Source: Octopus bimaculoides
Lineage: Eukaryota
Reading direction: 5' to 3'
NCBI RefSeq assembly: GCF_001194135.2
Contig: NC_068984.1
Coordinates: forward strand, 18,378,899-18,442,898
DNA: 64,000 nt
In this document: piece after piece, positions 22,353 to 37,335 of the stretch
How the letters are laid out: the number at the start of each line of letters is the position of its first letter
Position numbering within the stretch: the stretch's first letter is position 1
The notes under the pieces: model-generated
The model's input: the letters and a program-made list of their open reading frames with translations, nothing else
Databases searched by the model: none
What the model was told of the DNA's origin: nothing
Program-made: the position numbers and the translations under genes

Positions 22353-23489
22353 ATACACTTACATGACTGGCTTCCAAACCATTTTTCATCTACTATATTT
22401 CACTCACAAAGTATTAGATAAGCTGAGCCTACCGTAAAAGACACTTGCCCATAGTGCCATGCAGTGGGATCAACCCCAGAGCCAAATGGTTGTGAAGTGA
22501 ACATCTTAACCACACAACCATTCCTGACAGATCTGTCTCATTCTATGATCCCAATTCTAATTTGATGTCAGGAACAGATACTAGACCTGGGTTTCTTGTT
22601 TAACCCCAGGCTTGTCTTGGTTAAGCAGACTTGCAGCCATAGATGCTCCAGTTGTATGTGTGTCATTTATTGAACTTTATTGCCATTACTCTGTTTTTAA
22701 GATTGTAGGGTGTGATTTAGGGGAATTTGGCTGTTGTTTCTAGTAAACTGAGTGGCAAATTAAAGGCTCCTTTTGCTGGTTTGTCTAGGATCAATGGCTC
22801 CTAAATCTGTCATTATTCATTATTGTTTGTAGTCCTTATTAGTCATTATGAGCACCTCAGTACACTTCTTGTCTTGCATTATAACGAATTCCTTAACGAA
22901 TCTTGTAACTTGACCTCTTAATCAAGACAAAGTACATTATATTTCATTAAGGAATAGCTTTAAAATTTTATCAATAAATATTTAAGATTGATTGCTATGG
23001 AAGTTTGGATACAACTTAAAACATACAAAAATTTGTTGTGAATAAATCGACAAAAATATCAAAACTAGGAAAGCCTAAGATTATTGGTTGTTTATTTGGT
23101 TGTTGTATAAAAAGAAATTTCTAGGAACTAAAATCATTATTGATCTGTATGCTAAATTAATTTGATTGATAATGATCTTCGGTGATGGTTATAGCATTCT
23201 GAAATTCTGCCACTCAAAATTTCTCTTCTCCACTACAACTAATGTATTGTAACTGTTGTAGTGTTTGTTGTTGAAATTTTGTTCAATTTTAATGAGAGGA
23301 AATTTAATTCCTGTGCATATCTTAAGGTTTCTTTTGAATTTAATTATTGTAAAAATCTACATTTCCTTTCATTTCTCTTTTTATATATATAAAAAAAAAA
23401 ATAAACAAGAATTTAGCATATCAATAATGTTGAGAAATTCTATGCATAAAATATTTTTCTCTGAAGACCTATTAAAGACCTTAACTTTT

Positions 23490-23533
<44 letters not shown>

Positions 23534-24429
23534 ATATGCACTCACACACATACATGCATATATATACTTTCACCACCAGCGCTGCAGAGTTAAGTAGTGT
23601 ATCGAAGTTGTGGCGTTTATAAAAGACTTAACTGCATTAATAATGTTGGTTAGCACAAATTGAAATCTTTCTAGCATTCATACACACGGATGCAAAATAT
23701 GCATACACACAACTCATTTACAAATATAAATACAACCATTTAGCTGCATTATATGCTACTCTTAAAAGCAATGCATTTTTCTCTCCTGCATAATTGCTGC
23801 CATACTTATTCACCGCTTTCCTTGTTGAAGCTCTAAATTCTTATCAGTTTAAGAATTCGTTTATGCACTGCGTTACCCTTGCATATCGTGTTTTATAAAA
23901 TAATAGAAAACGGTTTTCTGAAATAGTTAAGCTGATGGGAGATAACTCTAAATATTTTTGGAAGAGTTATCTTCCTTTTATTGATGAAATCTTTTGGCAG
24001 TTTTATGATCGTATACTTTGCTTTATGTGTTTGTTCAAGTTCTGGCATTAGAAGGAAGTGAACAAGAATGTAGTTAATTGTGTTCCCATAAGCTAGTCTC
24101 AGTGAAATAAATTATAGATTTTATGTTTTTCGTTTGTATCGAACGGTAGAAGTAGTTAAAAAAACGTTGAATGCAGAAATGAAACAACATTATGAGGTGG
24201 ACGGACTGTCAAGGTGGAAAAAAAAACAGGATGGAGATAGTTATATTTTATTACTATAATATTTTCTTTATTAATAAGTTGAAAGCTGCAACCCATTGTT
24301 GGTCATCTTTGATAGAAAATTAAATTCAGGCAAGTATGTCAGATCATAATAAACATCATACAAGCAATGCAAGCTGTAGCCATAATTCTACCAGGACAGA
24401 CAATATAAGCTTCAGACAAGCCACTTAAG

Positions 24430-24630
24430 TGAGCCTCTTCATGGTCACACTGGCTGCTAGAAATAGTAGCCAAATTGCTCACAAATTGCACTCTACTGTG
24501 AAAGTCACATTAAATAATGCAGTCTTGGACACAATGTTTAAAAGTTGGTGGAGTGATTATGATTAGACAACTTTTGATCATAGGCCTGTTTGAGAGCTGA
24601 CCTGTGGTTATAAACAGCAATAACAACATT
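24430..24630 (+). mobile_element. Old dispersed SINE-like family E with an (AAC)n-type tail
   Basis: Shares the CTAGAAATAGCAGCCAAAT and TTTGATCATAGG..TG...GCTGACCTG.GG..AAAC motifs with diverged copies at ~6800-7000 (-), ~22580-22790 (-), ~40200-40420 (-), ~57720-57800 (-) and ~62340-62535 (+). Confidence 0.6.
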
Positions 24631-25501
24631 GCTTCAGACTCAAAAACTTAGGCCCAATGCAATCATTTTTCTTGCATGACTCTTTAACAACTTACTAAAC
24701 ACAAATATTATGCCTCTCAGATGGAGACACAACAACAATACATATATTTAAGCCACATGGAATATAGGTACTTCATGCAGACATGTGTCATCATTGCTAA
24801 AACACTTGATAAAAGTCATGCAATACTTCCTTTCCTCATGAACAACATCCCTAACACACCACATCAACACTGATCACTGATTCAAAAACAAACAAACCAC
24901 CTTAATCATGTTACATAACATTTAACATCACTGAAGGTGCCAACGAAAAGAAACTCCTATTTTCACACAGTATCTCTTGGCTTGACCAAGATATTTGACA
25001 TTATCGACATAAACATATGCTTTTCACCCAAAACCATATGGACAACAAATTTGGCCAACACAATCACCAGAAACTACATCAGAGATTGCAAGACATCCAC
25101 AATTTGAAGAGAGTTTCTAAAACACTACATACAAAGCACAAGTCTTACACAAAGAGAACCCTCTTGAATTCATATGTCAAACATATGAATTCAAGAGGGT
25201 AAAGATAACATCATAGTCTCTACCTTTCACAAGAACCTTCATACAAAGCAATGTAATAGATTCAGCCTCACCTAAGACATTATATAACTGGATGCTTGAA
25301 GACAACCTCACTTCCAACAAAGATAAAACAGCTTCGAACCATTTCACAGCAGATCTGGTTAAATATTTGTGATCGTTGATTGAATCTGATGCTGAATATT
25401 CTCCTCCATTTATTGGTTGTTTTAATGATTGTGCATCCTAGCTCCAGTCATGGATATGGAAATATTTGGGTTGGGAAAGGCCTGTTATTACTCAGCATGG
25501 A

Positions 25502-25623
<122 letters not shown>

Positions 25624-25689
25624 TGCTTCTAGGTATTTTTCTCTCCATTAGTGTGGCTCCAAAACTGAGTGGTGTATTAATGGTGTCTC

Positions 25690-26390
25690 AAACTCTTAAA
25701 GGGTGATTGTTACACCTCTTCAAATTATTCTTCACTTGGTCTTTGAATTTTGGGGTTTTCACTTTTCTTGAGGAAGGCCTCCCACTAGACATCGGTCATG
25801 AAGTAACTGGTCTTTGAACATCCTACAAGAAAAACATGAGGCAAACATAGTCACCACATGTCTGAGTAATCTCAATTGGTGCCTCTATAGTTGATAGTTG
25901 TGAATTCACTGTTACTGGTGAATCTATGTGATTTCACACATGAAAATCCAGTCGGATTTCTATGTGTGTTATCCTACCTCACTAGGTTCCTGAAACTTGA
26001 AAGGATCTTTCAGAGGCAATGGATGTTAAAGGACTCCAGTGCCTGTATTAGCTGTGTGTGGATTCTATATTTTTACATGCATACTGGAGAATAGAAACAA
26101 AGTGCACAGTTGATGACAACTTTGGTATGGAGGCTGATGTGGTTATTTAGAAAAACTGTTTTTTGAGCCTTGATCGTTTAGAATCTCCTCATTTAGTGTA
26201 AAATTGTTGAAAACAGTGCTTCCTAGGTTTGAGAATTGTGTGCGAGCCAATAGTTGCTTCCTGTTGTTTAAATATAAAGCTACATACAGATTTGTCTCCC
26301 TTGTTTTTGTGGCTGGTGATAATGTTATCTTGCCAATGTTGGGGAATAGACTCTTGGTCCTACACTTCTGTGATATGCCCCTGGTTGAAT
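25690..26390 (-). mobile_element. RTE (BovB-like) LINE fragment with an internal deletion
   Basis: Minus-strand translation gives ESIPQHWQDNIITSHKNKGDKSVC, then jumps to FSNLGSTVFNNFTLNEEI, HQLRLLRHV and KFKDQVKNNLKRCN. Confidence 0.65.
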
Positions 26391-26629
26391 ATAACCAGAC
26401 TCACAACTTAGCAATCACACCCTCCCTAAGACAGAACATCAACAGTATTGGATCTTAAACTGAACACAGCAAAAAACCCATTCCATCTAAATGGGGCCAA
26501 CAAAAGAAATACTTCTCATTGCAATAAAAGACTTACATCAAAATATGTGCCTACTGTTTGGTCTCCAGTCATTTCACATTTGATTTTTAACATATTATAA
26601 ACATATTATGTTTAACATATTTAACATGG

Positions 26630-26882
26630 ACTCCTGTCAATGGTCCACAGCATCAGTTGTCAAGCGATGTTGGGGGGACAAACACAGACACACAAACATA
26701 TACACACACATATATACATATATACGACAGGCTTCTTTCAGTTTCCAAATCCACTCACAAGGCTTTGGTCGGCCTGAGGCTATAGTTGAAGACACTTGCC
26801 CAAGGTGCCACGCAGTGGGACTGAATCCGGACCCATGTGGTTGGTAAGCAAGCTACTTACCACACAGCCACTCCTACGCCTA
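26630..26882 (-). mobile_element. SINE family A, 5' two-thirds
   Basis: The minus-strand head reads TAGGCGTAGGAGTGGCTGTGTGGTAAGTAGC. Confidence 0.85.
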
Positions 26883-29800
26883 TATATATATAATATCCAT
26901 AGATTAAAGACATTGCCAAATATATCCCCAATGGTTGTTATATATTTTGATAACATAATAGGTTAAATAGGATGATGTCTATATTACAATATTACAATAG
27001 CCAAAATATGCCATGCATGTGTAGTAATATTACAATCAGGAAATTAGCTTATCTCATTCTTTCTCATGGAACCCCTAGGAACCTTTTGTGGAACCCTAGG
27101 GTTCCAGGGAGTCCCGGTTGAGAAAAAACGCTGGTTTACATTAATTAATGTCAACTTTCCTTTAAAATAACAAGGTATATTTTGAAGATTCGGTTGTTGT
27201 TTTTGCATGTCAGCCAACAGTACAAAGGTTCTTTTGCTGGTTACGTTAGTAGTGCTAACAGCAGGAATTTTATATCACTAGCTTTTTCAGTAGTCTCTCT
27301 CTCTCTCTCCCTCCCACCCCCTCTCTGTTTTTTCTCCCTCTTTCTCTTTATTTCTCTCTCTCTCTTTCTCGTATTCAATTCTGAAGAGGCCAAAAAATGA
27401 GCTTTCATTTTATAGCCCTACTAATCCTTTCATAATTACTGCAGGTCAAGACACGTAAAAAAGGAGAGTAGTTTCCTTGTAATCAATAAATATAACAAAT
27501 ACCCGGCATCTCTTCAATCTTTGGCATTATTCCTGCTGTACTTACAGTAGTGCAGACCGCAACCACTTAATTCGCCACACACACACTCACCTCACTTTTC
27601 CATGTTGAAATCCAGTTAGTTAAAAGTGTTATAGAATATTGATGAAGTAAATCATCGATTATGTCCCTTACATCTTCTAACTGCGAAGTGGGTGTTCTTG
27701 GGAAAATAAAATTCTTGGTATGTTATTTTTGATTTGGAGATAACAGAATTCAACAACTTGCTAATTAATGTATTAGGTTTTAATTTAATTTTTTTCTATG
27801 TAAATAGCTATAGATATCCCTACAGTTTTTTTTTTTTAATGAACCACATTTTTTTAACATATTTTAACAGGAAGAAAAGATAGATTAAACTTTTAAAGTG
27901 TAAAAGATTCAATTACTGAGAAAAAAAGAACCCCCGTAACTACCTCACCAAGGAAACAAAGAAAAAGTTAAAAAAGAGGAGGGAGCATTAAGTAGCGGAA
28001 TATGGTGGGGAGAGAGTAAAGGGTTGTACATCCCAGAAGAAATGGTTTGTTCAACTGCCCCTTACAGATGTGATTGCAAAGGCATTGCCACAGAGAATGG
28101 CCAGCAACACTCACTGTAACAGCCACCTCCACCTCACATGACTCATTTTTCAGGTGGGCTGCAGTGACTGAAGATGCAGTACAGGTTTATCAATATACAG
28201 TAAAGATACCAGGGTGCCTTATCATATTATGTGATGAAAGCAAAGTCTGTCATCTGATATGATTTTGTGTTCTAAGATGTAAGCTAGCTGGCATAACTCA
28301 CTTGTTTTCATTTCTGCAATCTACAATATCTCCCATTATTCCAAGAAAATACTAAATCATTATTTTCTCAGGCTGCATATTTTGTTTGTATATTTAATTT
28401 CAATACTTTCAGCTTAATGACTTTTACAATATCTTTTGTATATAAGTGATACATAATCCTCTAGTTCATCTCGGAATGCTATAACTTTGAATAAGAGTTG
28501 ACTCAAACCATAACAACTTGTCCAATCTATGCCAGCTTAGAAAAAAACATTATCATAATTCTACCCCCCTCACTTTCAACTGTTATTATACTACAGATAT
28601 TACAAAGACAAGCTGTATTAATAATAGTTTTTTTCTTATAAATACACTATTGTCCATATGTTAATAAAACAACAATGTATTATGCATAGAAGAAAATCTA
28701 AGAACTAGCCTTAATTTCAATAACGTTCATGTGGACAAAATTAAAAAAACATGTAAAAATAATTAATCACCGTCATCGTTGTTGTTGTCTTTCCTTTAAA
28801 AATTCATGCAATCATGTGTAGACACATCTACAATACATCATTTTTATATGTTTCAGTCTGTTATAATTTCTACAATATTATATTACTAAATCCTTGGCCT
28901 GCTTCTGTCTTGGATAACAAATTACACTTTTCTGTCCAAAATGCACCAGCCATTTGCAATACATTCGTCCTCATTTATCACAGAGGTTTAGTTTCAAACA
29001 GAACACAATGATTAATAAATCAGTGATATTGAATCATCTCTATGCACTTTGTAAATGGAATGAATGGTAGATTCATCAATATCAAATGGCCCAAAGCTTC
29101 TACAGTCAAGTATTTTCATGGTTATCTCTACTTTTTCCTCTAGCAAACACACTCATCTGCATTGTTTTTTAGGATCAGGGTCCTTTCTATTTATTCTGTT
29201 CATTGGTTCCATGTTGATGGGTATGAGTTTGTAAATCCATATGAAAAATATGCAGCCTCACAGCTTGGTCAAGTAAATGCAAGTTATAGTCAGTACATTC
29301 AGACTAGCTGAGCATTGTGAATGCTGGCTGGGGCATATCTTTGCACTACAAGCAGAATCTTCGACTCATTGCCTACTTGCATTAATCACAGATCAATCTG
29401 CAATAAGCATAACATGGTTTGCAACTGAGCATACCATGTTACCTTGGATCAGTGATAAAAGAATCAGTTATGAGCAAGACTACATGTACATGTTTATTCC
29501 AGACTAGGTAGCTTCTCATACACACAATCATCTAAAGACCTTCCTGCCAATTTAATTTCTCAATTTATATACTTCAAATTAAACATTAAAAACATGGTAT
29601 CCTCTACCTCTTTAATCATTTAGGAGACTCGTCTTTCACTATTCATGTTTCATTATATGCATTATCACATTTCATGTAGCCAAACTTTGTTGTGTGGAGA
29701 GAACCTTTATATAACTTTTAGAAATAAATGCAGTTCTTTGAACTTATTCCAACTGTATCAACCCACACTTGCTATACTGTTTCTAGCTCAGCTTCCAGCT

Positions 29801-31524
29801 GTCATTTTGTCTCCTAACCAACAGAACCTTTCTACCCACAATAAACCAGTTTTCACTAGTACCAAGGATGGGTAAAGACCCAGAAACCATGATCTACTGG
29901 TCTTGTCAAGCTGGAGAGGGGTGATTCGCACCCTTACTCACATTATATCAGACACTGGTTGTGTGTTCTTAACCAGCTGGAAAAGATGTTTTCCTGAGGT
30001 TAAAATGTCATAACGTAGCTCTGTATAGAACTGCCATGTTATAGTGACAAAAATATTACTGTCTTGTATTGTTACTACTTATATCTCATTTAGAGAAGTA
30101 CCCATAGTTCTTCTGAATTCTTCCAAGCTTCCCCAAACCAGCAAGTTTAATACAGTTACAATGCATTTTTTGTCAGCTGAGTGGACTGCAACAATGTGAA
30201 ATAAAGTGTCTTGCTAAAGGACACAGTGTGCTACCAGGAATTGAGTCGATGACCTTATGATAGTGAACCAAATACCCTAACCACTAAGCCATCTGCCTTC
30301 ACAGCTAGCCCACTACTATTAAATAGCTAGACTGCTATTGTTTCACTCACATATTTTGGTGCTGATGAAAAATATTTCATATTGCTTAGTGTTTTCAGAC
30401 AATTTTAGCTCTTCTCTGCAATCCTGTTTCAACTTGCTACAGCTTTATAGCTTGGAAATATTCAAGACTAGACTTCTCTTGTAGAATGTCATTAGCAATA
30501 AGCTGTCTTTCTAATTACTGATTTCACTTCAGATAATTAACTTCCACTATAAGTACTCTCATGAGTTTTAGTTGACAGGTGTATTGATGCCATCTGGTTA
30601 ATTTCTTTTATTCTCATTGATCTACCTGCAGTTTTGTTCAGTGAATATTCCAATTGATGTTTTCATCAGTGTAAACAACTTTCGTTGCTGTAATAATTGT
30701 TGTTGTTATCGTTAAATACTTTCTGTTTGGTAATCTGTTCTTTCATACAGTATTCACATTAAAAGTATATGGAGTATTTCAAATCTCGAAATGAGGTTTT
30801 TTTTAGTCGGCGATGATAGTAAAGTACCCATGACACCAAAGAATTAAATGTTTCTCAATAATACTAATTGTAACTTTACTAAATTATGATTAGTGTGTTG
30901 GCCTCGTTTTTCTCACCAAATCTATGTAAATGCTGTAATCTTTTTGCTATTATCCATTTTATACACTGTTACTGTTGGGAGGGAATAAAAAGAATTTTTT
31001 TTAAAAAGTGAAGATGTGGCTCTTAGAAAATTTGTAGTTCGTGTGATGATGTAGTCATTGCCTGGAAACCATAATTATCTCAACCATCTCGTTATTCTAG
31101 TGGCAGCAAATTAGTTTGATTTGTAATACATCAAAGATCTTCTAGTCCAAAGACTTTATCAAAAGTTATCGTAACTTCCTGTTTGAAGATGAGTTCAGTC
31201 AGATTTTAATAGTCCTCTAGCATAAAAGAATCTTTACATTTTAATTTGAATGCAAGATGTGGAACAGAATTTGTTAATGTTGACTAATACAAATTCATGG
31301 CCAAAAGGTGACACTCTATAGATTGAATGTGGTATACATTGGTTCTGATAAATTCCCTTTTGAACAGCACTTCAAAGGTACTTTTTGTTGTGTGTGTGTG
31401 TATACACGTATATGTATCATGTTTATACAATGTTAAGTATTTTCGTTTAAAATCATTCTAGGTTTACATATTTTTGAATTACCTTTGTAAATCTAATTTT
31501 CTATTTTATTTATTTTCTTTCTAG

Positions 31525-31659
31525 GAAAGACACAAGGCTTTGGAAAATATGGGAATATCTGTCCAGACTTCTGGAATCAAAGTTGAACAGAGCCGTTTTT
31601 ATTTAGTCAACCTAAATGCTGATCCTTCTCTCAATGAACTTTTGGTCTATTACTTAAAA
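31525..31659 (+). CDS. KIF13: Kinesin-3 KIF13-like exon (end of CC1 and FHA lead-in: ERHKALENMGISVQTSGIKVEQSRFYLVNLNADPSLNELLVYYLK)
   Basis: TTTTCTTTCTAG acceptor and GTAAGT donor at 31660. The exon is 135 nt, phase 0/0. It contains the kinesin-3 LVNLNADPSLNELLVYYLK motif. Confidence 0.97.
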
Positions 31660-32076
31660 GTAAGTGAATATTTTCTGATTGTATTTAAGATTTATCTTGA
31701 ATGCCAGATTTGTTGACAAGCTCAAATTGCTCTTGTATTTCAGTTCTCGGTGTTATACTATGTATTATATTGATTCCGCTGAAGGCAGTGAACTGAATTC
31801 TGTCTTAAACAGTGCTTTACCAATCCTCTTTGTGCTTTCTCTCCGGAGAGTCATTAAAAGAAGAACTTCTCACAATTCTATTTCTTAAACTTTATATCAT
31901 AACTCCGCTACAGGTTCCTAGTTCTCTACTTACGAGGACAAGAATGACAAGGGATTCTGCCTCAACTCAGCTGAATAAATATCACAAGGGCTTTTTGCTT
32001 ATTGAATTTCTTGCTAAATAACATAAATATGTGTATGTGTACACACACACACACATATATATGCATACACACACGT

Positions 32077-32111
<35 letters not shown>

Positions 32112-32879
32112 CATAGTATTGGTAAAGTAAAGAAAATGTATTTGGGATATTATGCTTTATAAAATATACATGCATTTCAGCAAGTTATTACCTAACTTGT
32201 TGAAAATATTTTACCGTCTTAGTTCCTCCTCTTCAGTGTTTAGCAAGAAATACATATCATATATATTTATATACACATGCTTATATGACAAGCTTCCATA
32301 TAGATTCCATTTACCAAATTCCATTCACAAGTTATTGATGGAGTTGAAGCTATAGTAGAAAACACTTTGACATAAGTGCTGTGCAGAGAAATCAACCAGA
32401 GAGCACAAGATTCTAAAGAGAAATTCTTAATCACACAACTTTACTTTCAGCCACGTAGTGAAACAAATATTTCAGAAGCCTTATACTTAAGAAACTAATC
32501 ATTTTCAATTTATTTCTTGGTATTTCAATTCCACTTAATGAGATTATTCAAAAGCAATAAAAATTAACCATACTTTATTAATAATAATTTCTCAACGTCT
32601 TTAAGCCTTTTTTCCCCCCTTTTAAATTTCTACTCATGATTATGTTGGTGTTAATTACATCTACATGGATTTTAGAAAACCCTACATAAATATCAGCTTT
32701 TTCACATAATTGCAGTTGTAAATTTGAAATAGATATATTTCAGATTTCAAGCAGTTAATTATATTTGAAGCAAACTAGGTAGCTTCTGCTCTACAGTTGT
32801 TAATTTAATATTTTCACTGAACACTATAGGATACCCAAACACCATTTCTAACTTATTATGTACGTTTCACAGCTCACTT

Positions 32880-33298
32880 TTTTACTTGTTTCAGTCATTT
32901 TTTTGACTGTGGCCATGGTGGAGCACTGCCTTTAGTTGAACAAATTGACCCCAGGATTTATTCTTTGTAAGCCTAGTACTTGTTCTATCGGTTTCTCTTT
33001 TGCTGAACTGCTAAACACACCAACACTGGTTGTCAAGCTATGGTGGGGTGGACAAACACAGATACACAAATACATACACACACATATATATATGTATGTG
33101 NNNNNNNNNNNNNNNNNNNNNNNNNTATATACATGATGGGCTTCTTTCAATTTCCATCTACCTAATCTACTCACAGGGCTTTGGTCAGCTCATAGCTATT
33201 GTAGAAGACACTTGCCCAAGGTGCTACTCTGTGTGACTGAACCCAGGACTATGTGGTTGGGAAGCAAGTTTCTTACCACACAGCCACTCCTGCACCTG
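32880..33298 (-). mobile_element. SINE family A, full length, with an N gap in the internal microsatellite
   Basis: The family A tail, body and head are all present in reverse orientation. Confidence 0.85.
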
Positions 33299-33699
33299 TG
33301 AAGATGTGTAACTTAATGGCTCATAAGTTCAACTCTTCATCATAGGATCATGCATTTATTTCCTGGAACAAGTGATGTATTGTATCTTTGAACAAGGCAC
33401 TTCATTTCACATAGTACCAGCAACCGGCATTCTGTCGGTTACAACAACAAAAGTTCCAGTTGATCCAATCAACAGAACAGTCTGCTCATAATATTAATAT
33501 GCAGCGGCTGAGCACTCCACAAACATGTGTACTCTTAACAAAGTTCTCAAGGAGATTTAGCATGAAACAGAATGTGACAAGGTTGGTCCCCTTTGAATTA
33601 CAGGTACAACTCGTTTTTTAATTCACGTGTGATCTAAAGCAATAGGTATGCTGGTCGACCATTAGCTTCTAAGATCACAGCTAAGGCTGGATCTAGGGA

Positions 33700-34020
33700 T
33701 CCGTATTAGGGTTCCATTCATATCCTCTGGAAAAAGATGAGTTGTGAACATCATTCTCCTGTCCTGCCTATATTCTAACTACCTTTACTCTTTATTCTTC
33801 TATTTTTTTCCTTATAAAGTGTGAATTTTATTCTTTGTAAATTAAATTTTCCCTGTCTCAAATATTCATGCCTCGTCTCTGATGACGGAATGCCCAGTGC
33901 GTGGACATGTTAACCTACCACTTGAGTTATCCCAGAAACAGCTGTAAGACTTCAAATTCACCTTACCTTAATTAAATTATTCTAAATGACTTGAGACACT
34001 TGTTCTGCTTTGGTTTTATT
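33700..34020 (+). mobile_element. Penelope-like pseudo-LTR fragment with a hammerhead motif (33875-33950)
   Basis: GTCT-CTGATGA-(C GGAAT...long loop...ATCCC A)-GAA-ACAGCTGT-A-AGAC. The element boundaries are approximate. Confidence 0.58.
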
Positions 34021-34034
34021 TTTCCTCTTATATG

Positions 34035-34092
<58 letters not shown>

Positions 34093-35458
34093 ATATATGC
34101 ACACACATACACAGGCTTCTTTCAGTTTCTCACAAAACTTTGGTCAACCTGCGACTAAAGTAGACAACATGCAGTAGGGCTGAACCCAGAACCATGTGGT
34201 TGGGAAGCAAGCTTCTTACCACACAGCCATGCCTGCACCTTAATAATCAAATAAAACTGTTTCAGGTTTTCTGGTTTGGAATTTTGGATCCATTATTAAC
34301 AATTGATTATGAATATCTCATCCACAATCCAGAATAATAAATTGAAAGATTTTCTATATTAACTCTGAAAGATTTTCAAACAAATGCATTGATCTGAATT
34401 CTGTTCTTAACATGATTCAGTTTCAAGTTTATGAAATTTCCTTGGTCTTTTATTATAGAATGATTCATTATTTAATTCAATGTTTGGCATAGAGTCTTTA
34501 ATTCTTAACAAATCACTGTTTAATCACTGTTCCTAACAATTCTTTGGGTACCCTAGTACAAACCATTAAATGATTTAAATGCAAAAAGAATTCAAACGTT
34601 CACTGCACAATTATTTTGAAGATGGCAATATAATAGAATTCTCTCTCTCTCTCTCTCCCCCTCTCCCCTGATCTCAACTGAAGCATAAGAAACACAAATA
34701 TTTTCTTTCTTCTATGCAGTTGTGTGTATTCTTCTCTCCTTTCATCTGACACTCCAAATTAACTTTTAATTTAGTCTTTCGTTGGGATTCGAATTTAAAG
34801 CAGAAAGAAATTTGTGATTTTATAAATCGAGATACATCTACATTGAAACGCTGATCTAAATCCAAGCAAAATAACTCTGCATGTGTGTGCATGTGCACAG
34901 AAGTGTGCATGTATGTGCATATACACATGTGCACACATGTATATGCATGTGTGCGTATACAATAACCTTATTGGAAGAGCTCTCTAAATAGTTTTTAAAT
35001 TTCACACTTCATTTTACCTCATTATTTTAACAATCTCTCTCTGATTACAAAACTGGCAATCTTTGTTTTAACTCTAAAGATAACTTTTTAAAATTGAAAT
35101 ATTTTGAATTACTTTCTATACAATAACAACACCTTCTTGACATGAAGTAACTGGACCCATTTTCCTGTTAGGCTTGTTCTTGCTAATAATACCAATTTCA
35201 GACTTGTTCTTCATTAGAATATCTTAATAACGTTTATTTAAAGTGTCTGTGTTGAAAAAAGTACAAGAACAATAAAGAAAATGTAGAAGAAATATTGTCT
35301 TCTAACCAAAAATAATGCTGTTTCCAATCATGGAGGAAGCTGCTGTTTAACCACAGACCAGCACTGGTCAAGTATCTTCTATTATAACCCTAGACCAACC
35401 AATGCCTGATAAGTGTATTTGGTGCAAAGAAACTGTGTAAAAGCCCATTGTATATCTT

Positions 35459-35784
35459 AAGACCCTTTTTGGTCATGGATGACCATAGGGATGCAACTAG
35501 AAAGTTCCCCTCCAAAGCACAAGTCCAGGCAAGGTTGTTTATGGAAGACCAGCTGTGGCCCATGCATACCAACCTCCCCTCTCCATGCCACTGATGTTAT
35601 CCAAAGGAAAGGCAAAGGCTGATACAGCTTGGCCCCAGTGACGTCGCAACTCATTTCTACAGCTGAGTGAATTGGAGCAACGTGAAATAAAGTGTCTTGC
35701 TCAAGAACACGACACATAGCCCGGTCTGGGAATCGGACTCATTACCTCATGATTGTGAACTCGACACTCTAACCACTGAGCCAT
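35459..35784 (-). mobile_element. tRNA-derived SINE family C, full length
   Basis: The minus strand reads ATGGCTCAGTGGTTAGAGTGTCG...GAGTCCGATTCCCAG, then GTGTTCTTGAGCAAGACACTTTATTTCACGTTGCTCC (a conserved central-domain-like segment). Other copies are at 63197-63450 and 16456-16535. Confidence 0.85.
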
Positions 35785-37335
35785 AGATTGTGTGTGTTGG
35801 TATACACATTTGCATTTCGCTAAATCAGCCATAAAATGGTAAATATAAATACTGACTGAGGGTTTTAGCTGAACCATCCGAGCAATGAGATAGGAACTGC
35901 TGAAGAGTTTGCAATTAACAGATGAAACTAGTCCAGTACTTTTCCAGCTTTGCTTATGAAACAGTTATCTCCCCTGTCAATGTATATAAATGTGCGCTTA
36001 TGCAGCTTGAAGGGTTTTAACTATTATTTCTAGCAATATAGGTGCTATTCAGCACCCTCAGTCACAATTAGTGACAATTAAATTTTTCCTTTGTGGTTTT
36101 ATATTGCATTTAGCTGCTTATATTAATTTATATACATGTGTGTATGTGTGCCTTAGTGTTTGCCACCACCACCATTTGACAACTGGAGTTGGTTTGTTTA
36201 CATCCTTATAACATAGTAATTCGGCAAAAGAAACTGATAGAATAAGTACCAGGCTGGAAAAATAATTACTGATGTTGATTTGTTTTGCTAAAACCTTCAA
36301 GGTGGTGCCCCAACATGGCCATATCTCAGTGATTAAAACCAGTAAAAGATAATGATAGCAGTATCTATGACTACATTATCCCATGTATTCTACTTTTTTT
36401 TTTTTTTTTTTGAGACATTGGAGTATTTGACTGTTATTTCTAGAGGCTCCTTTGTTGGTTTATCCAAATCTTGACGGTTCAGTCAATATTGCTATAAATA
36501 CATACCAGGGAAAAGCATAATCCGTTTCTGTGGGTAGCAATGTTATTAAAATTGATAACCATCATATTAACTTCCAGTGCTAAGTTCAAATTGACAAACA
36601 GTTTTCACAGTATAAGACTTTCAAAATTCAGCATCCTGATGGGATCTTAAAACAAAATTTATATTCATTCAATGCCAACCATTTTCTCAAGAAACAGACC
36701 ATCTATATATCTGGTTCAGCCTAATAAATATCAATATATTGGACTGCAGTAAAGTATCTCTAAACCTACAGGGAATTTTTACAAGGAGTCCATCCAGTTA
36801 CTCATGCATGTACATACATACAAACACATTCTCTCTTTCACACCATTTATCTATCAATCTATCTGGCTCTATCTTTCTTTCTATCTCCTATGATAATTGA
36901 ATTAATGGTCAGAACCACAGTATTTGGGTTAATGGGTGTTTATGCTATATAAATTTGGTTTTAAACCCAAAATACCTATAAAGCTAATTATATCTTAATG
37001 TACGTAGATGAGTTCTTCAGTCACACTCTACATTGTCATCTTTCATCTTCAAAGCTGCATTTAGATACTGTGATCGTGGCTTTACGTTTGGGACAGCATC
37101 ACCAGGAAGGAATGAAAGACAGAAAGAGAACAAAATATTTCATTTCAGCATTTGCAAATTGCAGTGGAGATTCATGTAGGTTTGATTGCGTGGTTAAGAA
37201 GTTTACCTTGCAACGACCACGTGGTTTTAGGTTCAGTTTCACTGTTTAGTCTCATGAGCAAAGACAAAAGTTATTTTTTACCTTAACCCCAGTTTAGCTC
37301 ATACCAAGTGAATGGAATTTGACAGACGTTAACTA

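Noticed and set aside
27065-27135. GGAACCCTAGGGTTCC palindrome resembling a hAT-Charlie/MER5-type end
   Set aside because: Only one short end is visible and there is no TSD, so support is too weak for a feature call.
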